This document shows positions 1-13,439 of a DNA stretch of 64,000 nucleotides, one piece after another. Each line of letters begins with the position of its first letter. The stretch's first letter is position 1. This DNA is from Macrostomum lignano (lineage: Eukaryota). Under the pieces are notes generated by a model. It did no database searches and was not told the origin of the DNA. It worked only from the letters and a program-made list of their open reading frames with translations. The stretch is taken from positions 1 through 64,000 of the forward strand of contig NIVC01003389.1 of NCBI GenBank assembly GCA_002269645.1. Direction: 5' to 3'. A program made the position numbers and the translations under genes.

Positions 1-409
1 TTATTTTCACTTTGCATGCCGCTTTCTATAATTTGTGAGACAGCAAGCAAGCAAGTAAAAAGGAAATAATTTTGTTTTAACACACAAATAGGAAGGGACG
101 GCATTTTTCAAGCAGAGCTCAGCGTGAGGCGCACACGGCTTCGCAGGCGAGCGAGTCACGCGAGCTGCACGCTGAGTTGAGAATGGCATCTCCCTAGCTG
201 ACGCGAATTTGCGTGACTTGCGTGAATTGCTCAGCAGGCTTCTCGTGAGCTGCCTCAAACACTTTCATTCCCTGCCATAAAAATAATTACACACCGCCCC
301 GGATTTGAGCGTCAGTTGGAATTCGACTCTGAACTCTCTGGTGCTCTAATTTTGAGCAGTGACGCAATAGAGAAAAAATGAAGATGTCAAATTTCATTCG
401 GTGCAAGAA

Positions 410-930
410 AGCTGTTTGGGTTTTTGTGTCATGGGCGTGTGTCAGGACACATCAGCTGTTTGGGTTTTTGTGTCATGGCGTGTGTCAGGACACACCAGCT
501 GTTTGGGTTTTTGTGTCATGGCGTGTGTCAGGACACATCAGCTGTTTGGGTTTTTGTGTCATGGCGTGTGTCAGGACACATCAGCTGTTTGGGTTTTTGT
601 GTCATGGCGTGTGTCAGGACACATCAGCTGTTTGGGTTTTTGTGTCATGGCGTGTGTCAGGACACATCAGCTGTTTGGGTTTTTGTGTCATGGCGTGTGT
701 CAGGACACATCAGCTGTTTGGGTTTTTGTGTCATGGCGTGTGTCAGGACACATCAGCTGTTTGGGTTTTTGTGTCATGGCGTGTGTCAGGACACATCAGC
801 TGTTTGGGTTTTTGTGTCATGGCGTGTGTCAGGACACATCAGCTGTTTGGGTTTTTGTGTCATGGCGTGTGTCAGGACACATCAGCTGTTTGGGTTTTTT
901 GTGTCACGGCGTTTGTCAGGACACACCAGC
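410..930. repeat. 43-bp minisatellite, about 12 copies
   Basis: Unit CAGCTGTTTGGGTTTTTGTGTCATGGCGTGTGTCAGGACACAT recurs every 43 bp (453, 496...). It explains the repetitive ORFs at 378-1073. Confidence 0.95.
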
Positions 931-2559
931 TGTTATTTGGAACCCGGATGCCAAATTCTAAAGCAGGATGTCATTTAATTTCAGCTTGGATATTTTCTGT
1001 AATTCATCATTCTTGTGATTCTGAGGATTCTGAGGACCTTTGTGAGTCGGAGGTTCAGCAGTGTAAAGAGTAGTATGGATGTTAGTAATTTATTTGATTT
1101 TGAACTTTACAATTGAATGCTATAGCTGGCATCTGAGTTATCAATTTGGCTTCAGAAAGGAACAGAGCAAGCCTGCGGAATCTGATATCTTAGGCTAGAA
1201 ATCTTGACACCATCTCTGTTCTACACATCCTTATTTAACAGCCACTCCCAGGACTCTGCTTCAAGATCTCCTTGGTCAGGACGGACAGCCGAAACCGGAG
1301 AAAGGAAAATGCAACGCAGCGGAATGTTTCGACTTCTGCTCCCCCCCACAAGCGTCCAAAGGGTGGGCGGTGACTTTTAGAAGCAGAAGACTTCTTGGAG
1401 CAGCAAGGCAAGCTATTTTAGACACCCACCTGCAAAACGAATTGAGTTTCGGATTACAGAGCGCGGGAAAGTCGTAGTAAAGAAATTCGACCCAAAATCT
1501 GATGGCGCTGGAATCCCAGCTGACAGAAAATGACCAGAGCCCAGAAATTTGAACTACAATGACATCAGTCATCCAATTTGCTGTCTGCTGCTGATGCTGA
1601 CACAAATTCTGAGAAATAAACTATTGTAACCCTATCTAGACATATGACTTCTCTCAGGCTGTCAGTTCATTAGCAGCAGGCATTTGCAAGCAATATTTCT
1701 TAGACTAAGAGGGCCAACACCTGCCAAAATGGAATGACTTGCGCTAATTAAACACCCGACACCTCAGCGCAGGAGACACAGCTGGCAGAGAAACAGTGGC
1801 GCAATTTACAAGCCACCCAGGCAAGCAGAGGCTCAGCGAACTCAATCTCGAAACAGCTCAAGTGATGGAAGGAAGGAATAACTGTGCCGGCTCTCCTACT
1901 CAAGCCTCTCCATCTCTCCCATCGCACGCAAACAGCATCATCATAGCTAATCACTGAGCTTGCACAACATGCGCAATAACAGAAATTCTCCTCCAATGCC
2001 AGCTGCACGCACACTTTGAGAACGCCTCCAGCCAGCCTCTCATCTGCCCGCCCCCCGAAGGCGCGTTTTAAGTGACCTCCTCACAGTCTTGCAGCTTCCA
2101 TGCACCATCTACCTCTTCTCCATCAGTTGGAGGCGCTTTGAATAATAAAAAGCACTGTTTTTGTGTGTCCTACGCATGCACTGCCTGCCTAGCCAAATCA
2201 ATTGACCTGTTATCCCGCCATCTCGCTTCCCCGATCCTCGGAAAACTCGCCCGAGGCGCCACCCCCCCCCCCCCGGAATCCTGCGTTAGCAATTTGATAT
2301 TCGGGTTGAAATTTCGCGGAAAAAAAGCACACAAAGCGTAAAGACGACCACTTCAGACTGTAGCAGTTTTTCTCTCTCGTTCATTCAATTAATAACAAGA
2401 TCTCCAGCCACTCGTTGATAAAACCACTCAAAGAAAATATTTTGTTTGTTTCGGAAAATTCAAGAACTGAATAAAAAACAACAGTGGGGTCGCTTGGAAT
2501 TCTATGGCTTGCCTCACAAACTTTAGAGTTTTGTGACAACCTATTAGTTTGTGAAGTCT

Positions 2560-2910
2560 CCAGTTTGTGAAGGCTCTTAGAGTTTGTGAAGATCCTATGG
2601 TTTTTAAAGGCGCTAGTTTGTGAAGGCTCCAGTTTGTGAAGGCTTCAGTTTGTGAAGGCTCCAGTTTGTGAAGGCTCCAGTTTGTGAAGGCTCCAGTTTG
2701 TGAAGGCTTCAGTTTGTGAAGGCTCCAGTTTGTGAAGGCTCTAGTAGTTTGTGAAAGCTCCAGTTTGTGAAGGCTTCAGTTTGTGAAGGCTCCAGTTTGT
2801 GAAGGCTCCAGTTTGTGAAGGTTTCAGTTTGTGAAGGCTCTAGTAGTTTGTGAAAGCTCCAGTTTGTGAAGGCTTCAGTTTGTTAAGGCTCCAGTTTGTG
2901 AAGGCTCCAG
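2560..2910. repeat. 16-bp minisatellite
   Basis: Tandem GTTTGTGAAGGCT(C/T)CA units. Confidence 0.95.
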
Positions 2911-3429
2911 TTGTGAATTTTCTCGTGCATGTGTGACGTTTCTTGTCTTGCGTAGCTCAAGAACTACGCAAGAACTATCATAGTTTATATGAAAAGAAAT
3001 CTTTAGGCTATGCGAAAGCGTCATGGCAATGGAATGCGAAGCGAGAACTCTAAACAAAGCCGTGAAAGTGGATGAGGCTACAAGGCCCCTGAGACTGACT
3101 GCCTGACAGAATTAGGGCTGATCGAGAGATTCAAATTTACGTTTAAGAGAAAAACTTCAACGAAAACTTCAACAATAAGCTCGGGAGATTCCGAGCGGCA
3201 GATGCAACGCTGAGATCAATAGAGGATAAGATGAGGGAGCAGCGAGCGGGAGACTCAACCCCCACACGCCGGTTGCTGGGAGCAATTCGCTAAAGCCCCC
3301 CTGCTGGCAGAGTTGCAACAGACAGCCACAGCCCGCACGCGATGAACAGGAAAACAAAGAGAGGAATTGTGAAGGGCGAACTTTGTTTGACACAACTGGG
3401 AAAAAAACTGGGAACAATCGCAAGAGGGT

Positions 3430-3885
3430 AGGGTTAGAGTAAGGGAGAGACAGGAGAGAAGTAGGGAGAGGAGATGAGTACGTAGAGGAGACAGAGAGGA
3501 GACAGGGAGAGGGTTGAAGTAGATAGGGGATAGGAAGAAGTAGGTAGGGGACAGGGAGAGAAGTAGGTAGGGGAGACAGGAAGAGAAGTAGGTAGGGGAA
3601 ACGGAGAGAAGTAGGTGGGGAGACGGAGAGAAGTAGGGGAGACAGGAAGAGAAGTAGGTGGGGAGACGGAGAGAAGTAGGTAGGGGAGACAGGAAGAGAA
3701 GTAGGTGGGGAGACAGGGAGAGAAGTAGGCAGGGGAGACAGGGAGAGAAGTAGGTAGGGGAGACAGGGAGAGAAGTAGGTAGGGAGACAGGGAGAGAAGT
3801 AGGTAGGGGAGACAGGGAGAGGAGAGAAGTAGGTAGGGGAGACATGGAGAGAAGTAGGTAGGGGAGATATGGGGAGGGGAAGAAA
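3430..3885. repeat. purine-rich minisatellite of about 25 bp
   Basis: Tandem GGGAGAGAAGTAGGTAGGGGAGACA-like units. Confidence 0.9.
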
Positions 3886-4447
3886 AGTCACCTATTTGAG
3901 TTATCGTCTTTCCTAGCAACTACTTTCCATGGATGAATATCGAGCTTATTCAAGATTATGGCTGACATTTCAGTCGAATTTATTGTTGCATTTCTGCTTC
4001 AACTAAAACAAGGCACCCCGCTGCTTCATCAACAGAGCACAGCCAGGTGTCCCACACAGCGGGCGCCTGTGGCATTTCTAAAAAGCACCAAAATATGAGC
4101 AAACAAAGGTCGCGCCATTGATAATAATCCAATTCTAATACGATAATTACCCAACCAGATCAACTGATTTTTTGAGAATTAAACAAAAAAAGAAACAAAA
4201 ATGCGTTATTTTAGAAAACTACTTATAGTAGAAAAATAAATTGCTACAATATATATATATTTGAATCGTAATGCACTATTCATATGGAAAATGATAGACA
4301 GCAGACTCGAGTAATTCAAGCAAAATAACAAATAATCGACATCCAGTTATGCAAATGAAAAGCTAAGAACTTAAAACTAATTGTGCGCGAGTTCCTTATG
4401 TACACAGCAGCATCTGTACAGAGTGAATCACCCCAGCCAATGCAGCA

Positions 4448-6025
4448 TCAGGCGGGCCGCAGACCCTCAGCCCTCAGCAGGCACAGTCGGGCATTCTGCG
4501 ACATCCTCAGCGGCGACCAGAGCCGGCGAACTCCGCGCAGTCGGTCCGGCCGGCGCGGCTGCCCAGCGCTGGCGCCAATACGCCGCGCCTGGCGCAGAAC
4601 GTGCAGACTGTCGCGCGGAGACCGCTGCAACCGGCGCAGTGGCGTTCTGACGGGCTGCAGCGATGGAGGCGGCTGCTGATGCTGCTGCTGACTCTGACTC
4701 CGAGGCTGCTGCTGCTGCGCCGGCGGCGGTGGCGGCGGAGTCTGCAGCGGAAATGTCGGAGCCGGCGCCGGCAGCAGGTGCGGCGCGGGAGGCAGCGGCG
4801 AGCCGAGGCTGCAAAGATCCACCGAGGCCTTCCGACCGGCGCTGATTTTCTCCAGCAGAAGCCGGCGGCGACGCCGACCGAAGCACAGGCCGGCGTCAAC
4901 GCCGCTGTTGTTGGCGTCGCCGTCCTTGCCGACCAGAATGACGCCGCCGCGCTTCAACGACGCGTCGCTGTTCTGCCGCCGGCCGCGGACGATGACGGGC
5001 GTGTGGCAGGCCGACGGGTCAAAGCGGAAGCCGGCCAGCGGCGAGGGCGGCTTCTCAGACGATGCAGCCGACGAAGAGGCGGCGGACGCGGACGAGGAGA
5101 CCACGGAGACCGGGCTGCCGCTGTTTCCAGCCGCCACCGCGGCTGCCGCGGCGGCTCGGCGGGGGCTCCGCGAACGGGAGCGGCTGGCCAGCCGGCTGAC
5201 TGCCCGGCCGACGGCGCGGAAGGCGCTGCTCAGCGAGCCGCTGCCGCTGCTGCGACGCCTCAGAAGCTTCTGCGGCTGCTGCGGCGTGCTCGGTGGAGTC
5301 TGCAACGCCGCCACCACGGCCTCGTCATCTTCAACAGCAGCCGAGGAGACGACGCCGATGTCCTGAGCGAATTCGATTAACAAGGCCACGGCGGCGTTCA
5401 GGCGGGCCACGTCCGGGCTGCCGCCGCTGTCGCCGCCGCCGTGCAGGCTGGGGCCGACGCAGGTGGCCAGATTCGCCGCCGTCATCCGGTTGGCGCCGGA
5501 GGCGGCGGCCACGGCCTGCAGCAGCTGGCAGAGGTGACGCAGGGCGGCCAGCTGCCTCGGCGGCATCAGCCGGCCCAGCAGGCGCAGCAGGCGGACGCGG
5601 CGCTCCAGCGGCGACGCCTCGGCCAGAGCGGAGGCCAGCCGGGGCGGCAGCAGCGGTTCGGGCAGCTCGCGCAGCCAGGCCTTGAGCAGCGAGCTGACGT
5701 CCTGGACTGGCGTGCCGTCCCTGATTGGCAGGCCGCGCTCCAGGCGGGCCTTCAAATCGCGCTGACGAACTTTGGAGCCTTCAACGCGGAACAGGCCTTC
5801 GGCGGCCAGGTGGCAGCGAAGGTAGTCGCAGCAGACAGTCAGCACGGCTGGCAGCGCGGGGTCGCTGCCGGAGCCAGCGAAATCCGCTGATGCCGATGTC
5901 GGCTGATCCTCGAGTCGGCGACCGAACGAGCGGCCAACGCAGCTGCTGGTGCTGCTGCTGATGATGCACAGAGGCGGCGGCGACTTCAACTTCAGCTTGG
6001 CGGCAGACGAAAGCTTGCGGTGCAT
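4448..6025 (-). CDS. RhoGAP-domain protein (ARHGAP11/ARHGAP19-like), single exon, low-complexity C-terminus
   Basis: 525-aa GC-rich ORF with RhoGAP motifs: EGLFRVEG (arginine finger), DVSSLLKAWLRELPEPLLP, NRMTAANLATCVGPSL. An AT-rich putative 3' UTR follows. Orthology within the family cannot be fixed by eye. Confidence 0.9.
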   Translation of the reverse strand: MHRKLSSAAKLKLKSPPPLCIISSSTSSCVGRSFGRRLEDQPTSASADFAGSGSDPALPAVLTVCCDYLRCHLAAEGLFRVEGSKVRQRDLKARLERGLPIRDGTPVQDVSSLLKAWLRELPEPLLPPRLASALAEASPLERRVRLLRLLGRLMPPRQLAALRHLCQLLQAVAAASGANRMTAANLATCVGPSLHGGGDSGGSPDVARLNAAVALLIEFAQDIGVVSSAAVEDDEAVVAALQTPPSTPQQPQKLLRRRSSGSGSLSSAFRAVGRAVSRLASRSRSRSPRRAAAAAAVAAGNSGSPVSVVSSSASAASSSAASSEKPPSPLAGFRFDPSACHTPVIVRGRRQNSDASLKRGGVILVGKDGDANNSGVDAGLCFGRRRRRLLLEKISAGRKASVDLCSLGSPLPPAPHLLPAPAPTFPLQTPPPPPPAQQQQPRSQSQQQHQQPPPSLQPVRTPLRRLQRSPRDSLHVLRQARRIGASAGQPRRPDRLRGVRRLWSPLRMSQNARLCLLRAEGLRPA

Positions 6026-6630
6026 TGCTGAGCGTCTTCTTCCTCACTTCTTCTTGGGACTTGAAGTGGCTTGTTTGCCAGTTCTCTCGGGCCCGCACTT
6101 TACAGCCCTGGCTGACTCAGCAGGCTGGGAGAATTTCTCCTTATCTTTATTCTCTCTGTCTCAATTCAACTTCCCCCGGTTTCTTATCGAACAAACTGGG
6201 AGAGGAAGGCAAGCGGGCATATATAGAATTATAGGCGGCTTCGGAATTCAGCTTGGAACTCCCTGGGACCCCCCTTTTAGCCAATATATGAAGGCCTCCA
6301 AACTTCCCCCCACCCCCACACCTGCCCTCCCCTCTCCCCATCCTCCCATCTCCCCCAACCCGACTCAGCGAAGGCCAGAAGGCCACCCACGTGTCCGAAA
6401 AATGCCTCGGACCCAATTGGAGCGCGAGGAGGGGAATAAACAGGACCAGAAGGCACAGAGGGAAGCCTTGGATGCTCAAAGCTCGAAGGAATGGAAGCGA
6501 TGGGGAATCTAAAAAAAAAGTTAAAAAAAAATATTTTTGTGCAAGATGTTTCCCAAATCCTACAATATCCGGTTCCAGCGAGAATGCGTTACTGTGCAGT
6601 TATGAAAATTTATTTCAGGGAATTTCTCTT

Positions 6631-7850
6631 CTCTACATCTCTTTACAACATCTCTACATCTCTACAACAGCTCTACATCTCTACAACAGCTCTACATCTC
6701 TACAACAGCTCTACATCTCTACAACAGCTCTACATCTCTACAACATCTCTACATCTCTACAGCATCTCTACATCTCTACAACATCTCTACATCTCTACAA
6801 CATCTACATCTCTACAGCATCTCTACATCTCTACAGCATCTCTACATCTCTACAACATCTCTACATCTCTACAACATCTACATCTCTACAGCATCTCTAC
6901 ATCTCTACAGCATCTCTACATCTCTACAACATCTCTACATCTCTACAACATCTACATCTCTACAGCATCTCTACATCTCTACAACATCTCTACATCTCTA
7001 CAGCATCTCTACATCTCTACAACATCTCTACATCTCTACAACATCTACATCTCTACAGCATCTCTACATCTCTACAACATCTCTACATCTCTACAACATC
7101 TACATCTCTACAGCATCTCTACATCTCTACAGCATCTCTACATCTCTACAACATCTACATCTCTACAACATCTCTACATCTCTACAGCATCTCTACATCT
7201 CTACATCTTTACATCTCTACAACATCTCTACATCTCTACAACATCTACATCTCTACAGCATCTCTACATCTCTACAGCATCTCTACATTTCTACAACATC
7301 TCTACATCTCTACAACATCTCTACATCTCTACAACATCTCTACATCTCTACAGCATCTCTACATCTCTACAACATCTCTACATCTCTACAACATCTCTAC
7401 ATCTCTACAACATCTACATCTCTACAGCATCTCTACATCTCTACAGCATCTCTACATCTCTACAACATCTACATCTCTACAACATCTCTACATCTCTACA
7501 GCATCTCTACATCTCTACATCTTTACATCTCTACAACATCTCTACATCTCTACAACATCTACATCTCTACAGCATCTCTACATCTCTACAACATCTCTAC
7601 ATCTCTACAACATCTCTACATCTCTACAACATCTCTACATCTCTACAACATCTCTACATCTCTACAGCATCTCTACATCTCTACAGCATCTCTACATCTC
7701 TACAGCATCTCTACATCTCTGCAGCATCTCTACATATCTACAACATCTCTATATCTCTACAGTATCTCTACATTTTCACAAAATCTATACAGATATCTCT
7801 ACATCTTTACAGACTTATCTACATCTTTACACATCTTCATCTCTAAAATT
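6631..7850. repeat. CATCTCTA(C/CA/CAG)-based short-unit satellite
   Basis: About 1.2 kb of ACATCTCT/ACAGCATCTCT variants. The ORFs over it are repeat translations. Confidence 0.95.
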
Positions 7851-8404
7851 CTACAAAAGCTCTAACAACATTTCAAAAATACTTAAACCATCACATGAAA
7901 AATGCCACAATTCTGCTCATGGCTAAGTTAGCAAAGTGCATACCGCCCTAAATTAATTAGTTTAGCATTAAAACATGATCGCTATCTGGTGTTAGTCAGC
8001 AAAACTACTTTGTTTGCTTCTCTTTGCAACAAAAATATTAGGAGATGCCAATCTATTTCATAATGGAACATTTCTCCAATAGCTAGTCTAGACTCTAATG
8101 GGATCTCAAATGGTCTTTTTTGAGTAAAAATGGTGTCAGCTCGATAATGACACAGGATGATCTGCAAAGGCGTCAAGATTATCATGGAATTGAATAATAA
8201 TCGAAAATGTGCTAACACCCCATCCAAGGATGCCGGCTTCAGGACCGAGTCCTTTGTTCTCACATATTTTCTTTAATTAATTAGTAAAAAATTGGCTGAA
8301 ACTGCAGCAAAATGCTTATTTTAATGCTTTTGTCTGGACTGGATTTGGCGTTCTTACCATCAAAATTGATTTATAAAATTGAATCGAAATAGTGGGAGCG
8401 TTTC

Positions 8405-8822
8405 AAAATCTCCAGAGTTTCACAATCTTCCAAGTTTCACAATCCCAAAGCTTCACAATACCCAATATTCACAATCCCCAATCTTCGCAATACCCAATCT
8501 TTACAACCCCGAAGCTTCACTATCCCCAATCTTCACAATCCAAAGCTTCACAATCTCTCCAGTTTCACAATCTCCCCCAAGCTTCACAATCTCCCAAGTT
8601 TCACAATCTCCCCAAGCTTCACAATCTCCCAAGTTTCACAATCTCCCCAAGCTTCACAATCTCCCAAGTTTCACAATCTCCCCAAGCTTCACAATCTCCC
8701 AAGTTTCACAATCACCCAACCTCCACAATCTCCCAAGCTTCACAATTTCCCAAGCTTCACAATCTTCCAAGTTTCACAATCCCCAAGCTTCACAATCCCC
8801 AAGCTTCACAATCCCCAAGCTT
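8405..8822. repeat. 17-18-bp minisatellite
   Basis: Tandem CCCAAG(C/T)TTCACAATCT units. Confidence 0.9.
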
Positions 8823-10639
8823 CTACTAATTTACCTAATTTACTATATTTTTGTAATCATGAAAGTGTATAAAAAACTGGGAGACGTTAGGTTTTGGGGA
8901 TTTGAAGTTAGGGAACTGTGTGACCCGAGACGGACTTGAGAGTTGCGAGAAGGCCTCAGGAGAGCAGCAAAAAAGCAGACAAAAGGCCAGAGGGAGAAGC
9001 AAAAACACCGCCACCCGCTGAGCTTGTTCAGTCTGGGTGCTCATTTGACAGGTCTGAGAGCAAATCCAGCTAATGACTGAGCTGAGCCTTCTAACACACC
9101 TTTTGCATAGCTAAAATCATGTTAGTTTAGTCTACACTTTCAAGTCTTAGAGCACAAAAAGGTGGAAATTAGACGGGCAAAATGAGCTAACATGAGCCGC
9201 TGGTCTCGAACCCCCGAGGGGGTGCTGAAGGATCAAACGGCTTTAAAAGACCCTCCGGGCTAAGAGCTCAACTCGCTGCTTGAGAACGGCCTCGAGAGAG
9301 AAGTGTGCAGCGAGACTCATTAGCAGTGCTAAGTTAATGAAATTGTCCACGGCAAAGCAAAAACATCTAATTAACGCATTATTAGTAATGATATACACGC
9401 TCGTATTTTAATAATAAACGGAATCGCAGTCACGGCTAATATAGAAGAATGTGTGACCCAATAAAGCTAGCAAGATACAGCAGCTCGCTGTCGGTTACCT
9501 ACGAGCAGCTATAGTCTAGTTACTCATAATCGTTATTTAATCCCATCTCACACAGCGGTTGCTAAGCTACATATACCGACAGAGCAGCTGTGCACACGCG
9601 GAGACTGAGCGCATGGATAGCACAACGCCAGCGGCACTTTGTGTTGCAGAATCTGTGTGGAAGCTAAAAGCAATTCTCAGTCCGCTATATAGGAGTGGAA
9701 ACTATTTTTAGCTGACAGATGGCCAGCCCTGCAGTCCATGCGCCCTCTGGATGCTAGAAACAGTGAAGGTCAACAATGCCCCGACAGTATCCAAGTCGCG
9801 TGGGCTGTTAAAGAGACTTCTCAAACTCAATCTATGAAGCCCCCGCAGACTCAACTTTCACTCTTCTTCTCAACACCCCCCAAGAATTCCCCTAGAGGTG
9901 TCAAGAGCATGTCAAGCGTGTATAATATAATAGCGAGTCTGAGATTAACACTTCTCTCTTCTCACGGTCAAGATGCTTCATCCTGATCGTTTCAGGGTAG
10001 CAACTATATAGCAACTATGCGGCCAATTAAAAGACGCGCAATTCTGCTGCTTTAACGCCTGCAGCTTCTGTCCGCCTGTCTTCGCGTAACTTTCCTGCGT
10101 GGTTTGATTTTTGGCCTACCAAAAAAAGCTTGCTTGCTTGCTTGCTTGACAACCATGCAGGCTGGCTGCGTAATTTCTGCGAAAAAATGACCCGAGTCAG
10201 TCAGTCAGTCAGTCAGTCATAAGTGTCTGGCTTGGCTACAGACACTTCAGGTGTGAATACGGAGAGTCCAAGCAAGTCTATAAGCAGAGGAGAGGTTTCC
10301 AGGAAAATCTTTTGAAGCAAGCAATGCAGCAAGTCGAGCCGAAAACAGGCAGGCCTGCACCAAAGCATTTGGGGGGGGGGCACTTCAGACTCGAGAGGGC
10401 GCGCAGCGGTAGCTGACAGCGCCGGAAGTCAGAGCATTTATTTGACTGTAAAAAATTAGACCCTTAGCAACGCATGACGAACCAAGCCATGCAAGATCCT
10501 TTTGATACTTTGACCAGGGAACTGAGGAACAATAGGCTATCCTAGCGATGCGGATATCCCCCTGCTGAGTGAACAGCAATTCCAACCTCAACTGCTCTAC
10601 ACCAGTGCTACACTTGAGTTCTGTATCTTATTGTCTGCT

Positions 10640-11480
10640 TGTCTGTCTGTTTATCTGCCTGTCTTAGTTTCTTAGTGTCTGTCTTTGCCTGTCTTAGTTT
10701 CTTAGTGTCTGTCTTGGTGTCTGCGTTTGCCTGTCTTAGTTTCTTAGTGTCTGCGTTTGCCTGTCTTAGTTTCTTAGTGTTTGTCTTAGTGTCTGCGTTT
10801 GCCTGTCTTAGTTTCTTAGTGTTTGTCTTAGTGTCTGCGTTTGCCTGTCTTAGTTTCTTAGTGTTTGTCTTAGTGTCTGCGTTTGCCTGTCTTAGTTTCT
10901 TAGTGTTTGTCTTAGTGTCTGCGTTTGCCTGTCTTAGTTTCTTAGTGTTTGTCTTAGTGTCTGCGTTTGCCTGTCTTAGTTTCTTAGTGTCTGCGTTTGC
11001 CTGTCTTAGTTTCTTAGTGTTTGTCTTAGTGTCTGCGTTTGCCTGTCTTAGTTTCTTAGTGTCTGTCTTGGTGTCTGCGTTTGCCTGTCTTAGTTTCTTA
11101 GTGTCTGCGTTTGCCTGTCTTAGTTTCTTAGTGTTTGTCTTAGTGTCTGCGTTTGCCTGTCTTAGTTTCTTAGTGTCTGCGTTTGCCTGTCTTAGTTTCT
11201 TAGTGTCTGCGTTTGCCTGTCTTAGTTTCTTAGTGTTTGTCTTAGTGTCTGCGTTTGCCTGTCTTAGTTTCTTAGTGTCTGCGTTTGCCTGTCTTAGTTT
11301 CTTAGTGTCTGCGTTTGCCTGCCTTAGTTTCTTAGTGTTTGTCTTAGTGTCTGCCTGCCTGTCTTAGTTTCTTAGTGTCTGTCTTAGTGTTTGTCTTAAT
11401 GTCTTAGTGTCTGTCTGTCTGTATGTCTGTCTTGGTGTCTGCGTTTGCCTGTCTTAGTTTCTTAGTGTCTGTCTGTCTGT
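10640..11480. repeat. 30-bp/42-bp compound minisatellite
   Basis: GTGTCTGCGTTTGCCTGTCTTAGTTTCTTA with an optional 12-bp GTGTTTGTCTTA subunit. Confidence 0.95.
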
Positions 11481-11992
11481 CTGTCTGATGTTTACTGCTA
11501 TTTACCTGGCATTATTACAGATTGTAAATCATTTTGGCTGCCTGTCAGCCTAATTTCTGCCTGAATATTTTCACCCCTATCCTCAGATAGTTTAATTTTG
11601 CAGGTAGCTGGATCACGGACGTGGGGATTCCTCGGGCCCTGGACGAAGTTACGCAAGTGTTTTGGCCTAACTTTATACGCAAGTGAAGAGAGATTTACAG
11701 TTGAAGTTGAGACAAGTGGCTCCTCTCTGCCTTAGCTTCAAGTCTATAAGGGAAGCTTAAATAGCCGTGAACAATTAGCATAGAACTAAATAGGAAGTAT
11801 TCTTACAGCACAACCCGGTACGAGTGGACTGCGACTCCTGATTGACGCAACCAAAGCCAGGCTGTGGAAAATTTCTGACAGTCGGTGAGGCAATTGTGCC
11901 GAGCATGCCAAGCACCCACCCAGTCCCTGTGTGTAAGTCAATAATTTTATTGAAGGCTGCCTTAGAGAAAGTTTTAGAGACTAGGGACATGG

Positions 11993-12790
11993 GAGCGGGA
12001 GAGACCAGAGAGAGGCGGGAGAGACTAGAGAGAGGCCGGAGGGACCAGAGAGAGGCAGGAGAGACCAGAGAGAGGCGGGAGAGATCAGAGAGAGGCGGGA
12101 GAGACCAGAGAGGGTGGGAGATACCAGAGAGAGGCGGGAGAGACCAGCGAGGCAGGAGGGACCAGAGAGAGGCAGGAGAGACCAGAGAGAGGCGGGAGAG
12201 ATCAGAGAGGGGCGGGAGAGACCAGAGAGAGGCGGGAGAGACAAGAGAGAGGCGGGAGAGACCAGAGAGAGGCAGGAGAGACCAGAGAGAGGCGGGAGAG
12301 ACCAGAGAGAGGCAGGAGAGACCAGATAGGGGCCGGAGGGACCAGAGAGAGGCGGGAGAGACCAGAGAGAGACAGGAGAGACCAGAGAGAGGCAGGAGGG
12401 ACCAGAGAGAGACAGGAGAGACCAGAGAGAGGCAGGAGGGACCAGAGAGAGACAGGAGAGACCAGAGAGAGGCAGGAGGGACCAGAGAGAGGCGGGAGGG
12501 ACCAGAGAGAGGCAGGAGAGACCAGAGAGAGGCAGGAGGGGCCAGAGAGAAGCGGGAGGGACCAGAGAGAGACAGGAGAGACCAGAGAGAGGCAGGAGGG
12601 ACCAGAGAGAGGCAGGAGGGACCAGAGAGAAGCGGGAGGGACCAGAGAGAGACAGGAGAGACCAGAGAGAGGCAGGAGGGACCAGAGAGAGGCAGGAGGG
12701 ACCAGAGAGAGGCGGGAGAGACCAGAGAGAGGCGGGAGAGACCAGAGAGAGGCGGGAGAGGCCAGAGAGAGGCGGGAGAGGCCAGAGATA
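11993..12790. repeat. 20-bp purine-rich minisatellite
   Basis: Tandem GAGACCAGAGAGAGGC(G/A)GGA units. Confidence 0.95.
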
Positions 12791-13439
12791 GCGAGAGCAA
12801 GCAACAAAAATGAAATGGCGCAGCCCAGAAAACGGCCAAGAAAGAGTCAGAGGCGCAGGTTCATGACAAAGGAATTCCCCAGATTTAAATCAATAGAGGT
12901 GGCCACCCGCTCCACGTGCCACAACCTGGCAGCAAGCAGCCAAGCGATTGTCTCGCCATACGGACAAGCGGCCGTATGAAATCCACTTAAGAGCGACAGA
13001 AAATATGAGACGAACAACGGAGAGGAACAAAGACTGAGGGCTCTCATTAATAGTGATTGGATTGATTGAGAATATGGCGGTGAGCAAGGTGGACTGACTG
13101 GACTGGACTGGGCCGGGGCCTCGTGCCAGGGCCCTGGAATTTCCGGCTTGAGCAGTCAGAGAGCTGTCTGCCAGCCCGCCTGTCTCGCGTGTCTGAATCT
13201 AAGCGAGTTTCCGTGCGCTGCGGGCCGCCAAATGGCCAGCGCAGCCATGGAAACTGAATCATAGCAATCAAATGGCAAAGACCAGAGGCGCAGACAGATT
13301 ATTTAAAAAAAAGCGGACACGTTGAACCGCTGCTCTTTGTTGCGTGAAAGCTTTTGTCTGCGTAGGCTTGAGGATTTGAGTAGCGAATTAGTTGCCAACT
13401 GTTATGTACGGGCGTTGGAAGGCGCACATCTGAGCACCC

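Noticed and set aside
940-1800. Possible retroelement 3' remnant
   Set aside because: Only vague peptide resemblance; no motif I can name with confidence.
4381-6098. Overlapping plus-strand and alternate-frame ORFs over the RhoGAP, CEP135-like and BAP18 exons
   Set aside because: Shadow ORFs expected from very GC-rich coding sequence.
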